From: an uncultured Christensenella sp.
GTDB taxonomy: Bacteria; Bacillota; Clostridia; Christensenellales; DTU072
Reading direction: 5' to 3'
Length of the DNA stretch: 64,000 nt
Assembly (NCBI GenBank): GCA_949285605.1
Contig: CASDZI010000002.1
Coordinates: 14,683 to 78,682, forward strand
Of this stretch, positions 59,362 to 64,000 are shown piece by piece (position 1 is the stretch's first letter; every line of letters begins with the position of its first letter). A model generated the notes under the pieces. The model made no database searches. It had not been told where the DNA came from and saw only the letters and a list, made by a program, of their open reading frames with translations. A program made the position numbers and the translations under genes.

Positions 59362-61188
59362 ATGCACCTTATCCGTAAGATAACCCCGGATCTGTATTAC
59401 ACCGGGGTCAACGACAGGCGTATTGCGCTGTTTGAAAACGTCTATCCCGTCGCCAACGGCGTCAGCTACAATTCCTACGTCCTGCTCGACGAAAAAACCG
59501 TGGTGTTCGATACCGCCGACGGTAATTTCACCAACAAGTATCTCGCTAACGTCGCCGCCGCACTGAACGGACGGAAAGCCGACTACCTCGTAGTCAGCCA
59601 TATGGAACCCGACCACAGCGCTTCGGTAAAGGCTTTGATGAACGCCTACCCCGATATGAAAGTTATCTGCAACTCCAAGTCGATAACCATGCTCGCCAAC
59701 TTTTTCGGAGATATTTCCGACAGAGCCGTTCTCGTCAAAGACGGGGAGACGATTTCCGTCGGAAAAAATACCCTTAAATTCGTGTTTGCGCCCATGGTAC
59801 ACTGGCCGGAAGTCATGATGACTTATCTCGTGGAGGAAAAGGTTCTTTTCTCCGCCGACGCTTTCGGTTCTTTCGGAGCCCTCGACGGGAATTTGTTTGC
59901 CGAAGAGAAGTCGTTTGAAGAGTATCTCCCCGAAGCAAGACGGTATTACACCAATATCGTGGGAAAATACGGCGCTCAGGTTCAGGCCGCCGTCAAAAAA
60001 CTCGCCGGCGTCCCCGTCGATTACGTCTGCCCTCTGCACGGCGTGATCTGGAAAAAGGATTTTGCGAAAATTCTGGCAAAATATCTCCTTTGGGCGGATT
60101 ACGAACCCGAAACCTCTACTGCGATGATAGTTTACGGGTCGGTTTACGGCGATACTGCGGAAGCTGCGGAAACGCTGGCGGCTTTCCTCGCCGAAAGAGG
60201 AGTAAGGGACATCAAAGTTTACGACGTGTCCAAAACGCATTATTCCTACCTTATCAGCGAAGCGTTCAGGGTGAGCAACATAGTTTTTGCGTCCATAACC
60301 TACAACGCTTCGGTCTTCCCCGCTATGGAACATTTTGTCAGAGAACTTACCGCCCACGGACTGAAGAAACGCTCCTTGAGCATAATTCAGAACGGCAGCT
60401 GGGCACCGGTGAGCGGAGCCAAGATAAAGGAAGTGCTCGCCGGTTGGAAAGACTCCTTTATCGTGGGCGAAACCGTTACTTTGAACAGTGCGGTCAAGGA
60501 AAATACCGTCGCCGAACTGGCTACCCTTGCCGACGCAATAGTTCTTTCGATGAATAAACCGTCGGTGGAAACCACGGGTACCGACGTTTCCGCAATGTTC
60601 AAGATAAGCTACGGTCTTTACGTTCTGACGGTAAAAGACGGCGACAAGGACAACGGCTGTATCATAAACACCGCTTCCCAGCTGACCGAAAACCCGAGAA
60701 GGGTAACTATAGCCGTCAACAAATCGGGCTATACCTGCGAACTGTTGCAGAAAAACGACCTTTTCAATCTGTCGGTACTTAGCGAAAAAACGCCTTTCGA
60801 CGTGTTCAAACGGTTCGGCTTTGCAAGCGGCAGGGATACCGACAAATTTGCGGGAACGGAGAAAGTGCGTTCTTCCAACGGACTTACCTATCTGCCCGAA
60901 TACGCCAATGCGGTAATTTCCGCTAAGATAGTCGCCCGTCACGACTACGGCACGCATATGCTGTTCGTAGCCGACGTCACCGAGGCAAAAACCCTCAACG
61001 GTGACCCCTCGGCGACATACGACTACTATTTCAAACACATCAAGACCGCTCCCCCGAAAGCGGAAGCGAAAAAGAAAGGCTTCGTCTGCAAGATCTGCAA
61101 TTACGTCTATGAAGGAGAAACCTTGCCTCCCGATTTTATCTGTCCTATCTGCAAACACGGAGCCGAAGACTTCGAACCTTTGAAATAA
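59362..61188 (+). CDS. Flavodiiron protein fused to flavin reductase and rubredoxin-like domains
   Basis: HMEPDH, HWPE, SADAFG, PLHG; flavodoxin; ISYGLYV...NGCIINT; CKIC...CPIC. Confidence 0.9.
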   Translation: MHLIRKITPDLYYTGVNDRRIALFENVYPVANGVSYNSYVLLDEKTVVFDTADGNFTNKYLANVAAALNGRKADYLVVSHMEPDHSASVKALMNAYPDMKVICNSKSITMLANFFGDISDRAVLVKDGETISVGKNTLKFVFAPMVHWPEVMMTYLVEEKVLFSADAFGSFGALDGNLFAEEKSFEEYLPEARRYYTNIVGKYGAQVQAAVKKLAGVPVDYVCPLHGVIWKKDFAKILAKYLLWADYEPETSTAMIVYGSVYGDTAEAAETLAAFLAERGVRDIKVYDVSKTHYSYLISEAFRVSNIVFASITYNASVFPAMEHFVRELTAHGLKKRSLSIIQNGSWAPVSGAKIKEVLAGWKDSFIVGETVTLNSAVKENTVAELATLADAIVLSMNKPSVETTGTDVSAMFKISYGLYVLTVKDGDKDNGCIINTASQLTENPRRVTIAVNKSGYTCELLQKNDLFNLSVLSEKTPFDVFKRFGFASGRDTDKFAGTEKVRSSNGLTYLPEYANAVISAKIVARHDYGTHMLFVADVTEAKTLNGDPSATYDYYFKHIKTAPPKAEAKKKGFVCKICNYVYEGETLPPDFICPICKHGAEDFEPLK

Positions 61189-61205
61189 AATCCCGAAAAA
61201 TATCG

Positions 61206-61237
61206 AAACGACCGCATTTCGGCGGTCGTTTTTTTTT
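61206..61237 (+). terminator. Intrinsic terminator
   Basis: AACGACCGC...GCGGTCGTT plus T tract. Confidence 0.8.
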
Positions 61238-61254
61238 GGAAATTCACGGACGGA

Positions 61255-61920
61255 TCATTCTTCCTTATTCCCCTCGTTCTTCTCGTTCTCTTCGGAAGGG
61301 TCGGGACTTCCCTCGGCGGCTTTTTCCTCGACAACTTTTTCCTCGGAATTTTCTTCCTGCTTTCCTTTCTTAGCCAGTTTGTTGGTGTTGATACTCTTGG
61401 CATACACCACGAAACGGCACCACAGAAATTCCAACGTCAGGTTCTGCGCCATGCAGATGAACAGAACGAGGTATTCGTTCCAGCCTTTGTCCATCGTGAG
61501 AAAATCCGTCAACCACACCGAATACGGGGTAAAAGCGACGTAAAAAAGGAACACCAACGCCATCGCCAAAGGCACGTTGTTGGCGGACTTGAAAGTGTAA
61601 CGGCGGTTTACGGTAAAATTGTAAAGTACGCTCAGCACCAAAGCGATAAGGTAGCTTACCCAGTAATTCCAACGTATGATCTCGTTCATCAAAGTGAACG
61701 CCCCGAGCTGGATTATACCCGCGCCGCAGGAAAAGAGCACGAATTTGAGGACCTGGATAAAGGTCTCCTTGGGGGTGAGCTTGACTTTGCCTTTACCTTC
61801 CTCCGAATCGTCCTTTGTCCGACAAGCGACGGCAGCCTCTTCGACGTCGGAATCTACGACGAGCTCCTTACTCTCCTCGCCGCAACCGTCGCAAAATGCT
61901 TTCTTATCTTTTTCTTCCAT
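61255..61920 (-). CDS. GtrA family membrane protein
   Basis: QVLKFVLFS, NFTVNRRYTFKS, four TM segments. Confidence 0.85.
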   Translation of the reverse strand: MEEKDKKAFCDGCGEESKELVVDSDVEEAAVACRTKDDSEEGKGKVKLTPKETFIQVLKFVLFSCGAGIIQLGAFTLMNEIIRWNYWVSYLIALVLSVLYNFTVNRRYTFKSANNVPLAMALVFLFYVAFTPYSVWLTDFLTMDKGWNEYLVLFICMAQNLTLEFLWCRFVVYAKSINTNKLAKKGKQEENSEEKVVEEKAAEGSPDPSEENEKNEGNKEE

Positions 61921-61965
61921 ATTCTCTCCGAAAAAAACCGCCCTCAAAAGGCGGCTAAGGGGTGA

Positions 61966-62892
61966 TTATCCTTTCAGATGCTTATCCATAAAGGCGAAAA
62001 CTTTTTCGAAACACTCTTTGGACGCTTTCGTCCACATATTCATATGGAAACAATGGTTGTCTATGAATTTCGTACTGGAATAAGTTTCGGTTTCCACTCC
62101 TGCGTCGATAAGGAGTTTAGCCAGAATTTCCCCCTGCCCTTTGCAGAAAATATCTTTCTTGCTCATCACGAGAAAACTCGGACACCAGTTCCCGTTGACG
62201 AAATTCGAGGGGCATATTTCTTTTATGTAAGGATAATCCTTAATGTTGGAGAAATCCTTTTTAAGCCCGAAATCGGCTCCCAAATAACATCTTCCGATAT
62301 CCCAAACAAGATTAAAAGGCAACTTCGTGAGTTCTATGGACGCCATCAGATCGTACGGTCCGCAGAAGCTCACCAAAAGGGCGGGTCTGACTTTGAACTC
62401 GGGGATACCGAGGGCGGTGCGTTGTTCTTCGCTGTTTGCTAACGACACCAGCTGCGTGGCGCAATACGCCCCTGCGCTGTCGCCCGTCACGCAGACCTTG
62501 TCGAGGTCTATATTATATTTTTCGGCGAGGACGGTCAGGTAATTAAGGGCGTTCACGCAGTCGGCGAGCGGAATGGGAAAAGGTCTCCTCGGGCTGAGTC
62601 CGTAGTTAATGTTTACGGTAAAATATCCGTGGTGAGCGAAACGTTTACAAAGACTTTTTCTGTGTTTTTTGTCCCCTTTAACGAAACCGCCTCCGTGAAT
62701 GTTCAGTACCACAGGCAATTTCTTCTCCCCGAGCAAAGCGGGGTCGTAATAAACTTCCCCGTTACATTCGTCGGGACGGGACTCGTCGTAAGCAAATTCC
62801 TTTTCTCTGACGATCCCCTTGTATCTGCGGTAGTTTTGAGCCGGATGGAACAATACGTCGATAGCCGTAAACAAAAATTCCGAACGTGTCAT
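61966..62892 (-). CDS. Alpha/beta hydrolase (HSL-type esterase)
   Basis: HGGGF, GDSAG. Confidence 0.88.
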   Translation of the reverse strand: MTRSEFLFTAIDVLFHPAQNYRRYKGIVREKEFAYDESRPDECNGEVYYDPALLGEKKLPVVLNIHGGGFVKGDKKHRKSLCKRFAHHGYFTVNINYGLSPRRPFPIPLADCVNALNYLTVLAEKYNIDLDKVCVTGDSAGAYCATQLVSLANSEEQRTALGIPEFKVRPALLVSFCGPYDLMASIELTKLPFNLVWDIGRCYLGADFGLKKDFSNIKDYPYIKEICPSNFVNGNWCPSFLVMSKKDIFCKGQGEILAKLLIDAGVETETYSSTKFIDNHCFHMNMWTKASKECFEKVFAFMDKHLKG

Positions 62893-62996
62893 AAGTCCTC
62901 CAAAAATTTCTTCGATAATAATATAATATTATACTCTAAACGGAAAGCTAATTCAAGGATAATTAAAAATAATTTTAACGAATTAGAATATAATAA

Positions 62997-63024
62997 TTGA
63001 CTTTCTGCGGTTAAATGATATAAT
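62997..63024 (+). promoter_or_regulatory. Sigma-A promoter upstream of the tRNA-Arg repeat region
   Basis: TTGACT-16-TATAAT with TG extension and AT-rich upstream element. Confidence 0.7.
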
Positions 63025-63097
63025 AAATGACGATATCCCCAAAAAGCATTACTGCTTTTCGGGGACCACGAAGAAAAACCCCAAAACGCGGTGCCGC

Positions 63098-63398
63098 TTT
63101 TCGGGGACCCCGAAGAAAAACCCCCGGTAAGTGTTTTTTCGGAAGACTTAATACCCCAACCTTTGGTTCCGTATTAAGTGTGTACCTTTAACTTAATATT
63201 TTCTTTTATGCGCCTTTAGCTCAATTGGATAAAGCGCTATACCCCAAAAAACGTTGCCGTTTTTCGGGGACCCCGAAGAAAAACCCCTGTAAGTGTTTTT
63301 TCGGAAGACTTAATACCCCAACCTTTGGTTCCGTATTAAGTATGTACCTTTAACTTAATAATTTCTTTTATGCGCCTTTAGCTCAATTGGATAGAGCG
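63098..63398 (+). repeat. Tandem duplication, ~139-bp unit with ~162-bp period
   Basis: 63098-63236 matches 63261-63398 with only a few differences. Confidence 0.9.
63210..63236 (+). pseudogene. Truncated 5' fragment of tRNA-Arg
   Basis: GCGCCTTTAGCTCAATTGGATAAAGCG, 26/27 identical to the tRNA 5' end, followed closely by a palindrome copy. Confidence 0.8.
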
Positions 63399-63448
63399 TT
63401 GGTCTACGGAACCAAAGGTTGGGGATTCGAGCTCCTCAAGGCGCGCCA
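63372..63448 (+). tRNA. tRNA-Arg (anticodon ACG)
   Basis: 77-nt cloverleaf: GCGCCTT/AAGGCGC acceptor stem, TTGGT-CTACGGA-ACCAA anticodon arm, TTCGA T-loop, encoded CCA. Confidence 0.95.
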
Positions 63449-63485
63449 AAAAATATCCGCTACATTTTTGTAGCGGATATTTTTT
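63448..63485. terminator. Terminator after the tRNA
   Basis: Perfect AAAAAATATCCGCTACA-TTTT-TGTAGCGGATATTTTTT. Confidence 0.85.
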
Positions 63486-63817
63486 CGCCTTGAGGACTTG
63501 CGAAGACCCAAAGGGGATTCGCAAATTGCCGTCAGGCAATCTGATGAGGTGCGGCTCACTTCTACTTACGGTATTTTCTTATCAGCACATATATGCTTAA
63601 TATAGGTATTCACTTTATCCGAATGGGTCCTCAAGGCGCGGCTTATCCGTTAAAATAGGACTTGCGAATCACCAAAAGGGATTCGTAAAGCCACCCCAAA
63701 AAGCATTACTGCTTTTCGGGGACCCCGGTTTTTTCTTCCTAAAGAGTTTTCCCCTTCACTCTGTAGCACATATATGCTTATATAGGTATTCACTTTATCC
63801 GAATGGGTCCTCAAGGC
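63486..63817. repeat. Two related structured units carrying tRNA 3'-end sequence
   Basis: AGGACTTGCGAA at 63493 and 63657; a ~54-bp block 63584-63637 repeated at 63765-63817 ending in TCCTCAAGGC. Confidence 0.8.
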
Positions 63818-63896
63818 ACAGCGCTACCCCAAAAAACGTTGCAGTTTTTCGGGGGACCGGAATAAATGCCGCTCATAGACATTTTTTCAACAGTGT

Positions 63897-63949
63897 TTGA
63901 CATTCTTTTACGGTGGTATTACAATATCAATATCCCCCCATGGGGGATA
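63897..63949 (+). promoter_or_regulatory. Sigma-A promoter plus CsoR/RcnR-type operator
   Basis: TTGACA-17-TACAAT; C/G-tract inverted repeat TATCCCCCCATGGGGGATA at 63931-63949. Confidence 0.75.
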
Positions 63950-63959
63950 AGGAGAAATT

Positions 63960-64000
63960 ATGGAACCGCATAAACACACGCAAGCCGTCCTAAACAGGAC
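63960..64000 (+). CDS. 5' end of a probable CsoR/RcnR-family metal-sensing repressor (truncated by window edge)
   Basis: AAGGAG RBS; MEPHKHTQAVLNR; operator directly upstream. Confidence 0.55.
   Translation, partial: MEPHKHTQAVLNR

Larger units (their letters stand above)
63037..63858. repeat. Five copies of a REP-like palindrome CCCCAAAA-(variable stem-loop)-TTTTCGGGGACC
   Basis: Copies at 63037-63067, 63079-63111, 63242-63274, 63694-63726 and 63827-63858. Confidence 0.85.

Noticed and set aside
63541-63560. CTGATGAG suggested a hammerhead ribozyme core
   Set aside because: No GAAA follows stem II, and the segment pairs instead with CTTATCAG at 63578-63585.
63498-63630. HDV-like/theta ribozyme in the tRNA trailer (GACCCA with CGAATGGGTC)
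   Set aside because: There is no room for P3/L3 with the UCC-CG loop, and the second copy loses the putative P2 pairing.
63037-63858. CRISPR array
   Set aside because: Spacing is irregular (42, 163, 452, 133 bp), repeat interiors vary, intervening DNA is duplicated rather than unique, and no cas genes are present.

Overview
Gene-dense chromosomal segment from what looks like an anaerobic, spore-forming Clostridia-type Firmicute (inferred from CIRCE, yyaC, a Spo0A-type domain, a flavodiiron protein and a fused PurL). It is mostly housekeeping: copA, an amino-sugar operon (mtnN-capD-glmM-glmU'-kinase-CBM9-galE), htpG, ileS, the his operon, a GH27, pepV, gltX, GS-III, ftsH, the pur operon, rubredoxin/flavodiiron genes and one tRNA-Arg(ACG). 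I found no transposase, integrase, prophage or CRISPR array. The most unusual stretch is 63.0-63.86 kb. There the tRNA-Arg gene sits in a mosaic of five REP-like palindromes, a ~162-bp tandem duplication carrying a truncated tRNA, and segments exactly antisense to the tRNA in both leader and trailer, each with an alternative pairing partner. Also notable: a structured purE leader ending in a terminator that I cannot match to a known riboswitch, an IleRS2 with a swapped GIHH motif, a GlmU with a decayed uridylyltransferase domain, a Spo0A paralog lacking the phospho-acceptor Asp, a degenerate G1PDH-like protein and several apparently leaderless genes. All calls come from reading the sequence by eye; no database search or folding was run.
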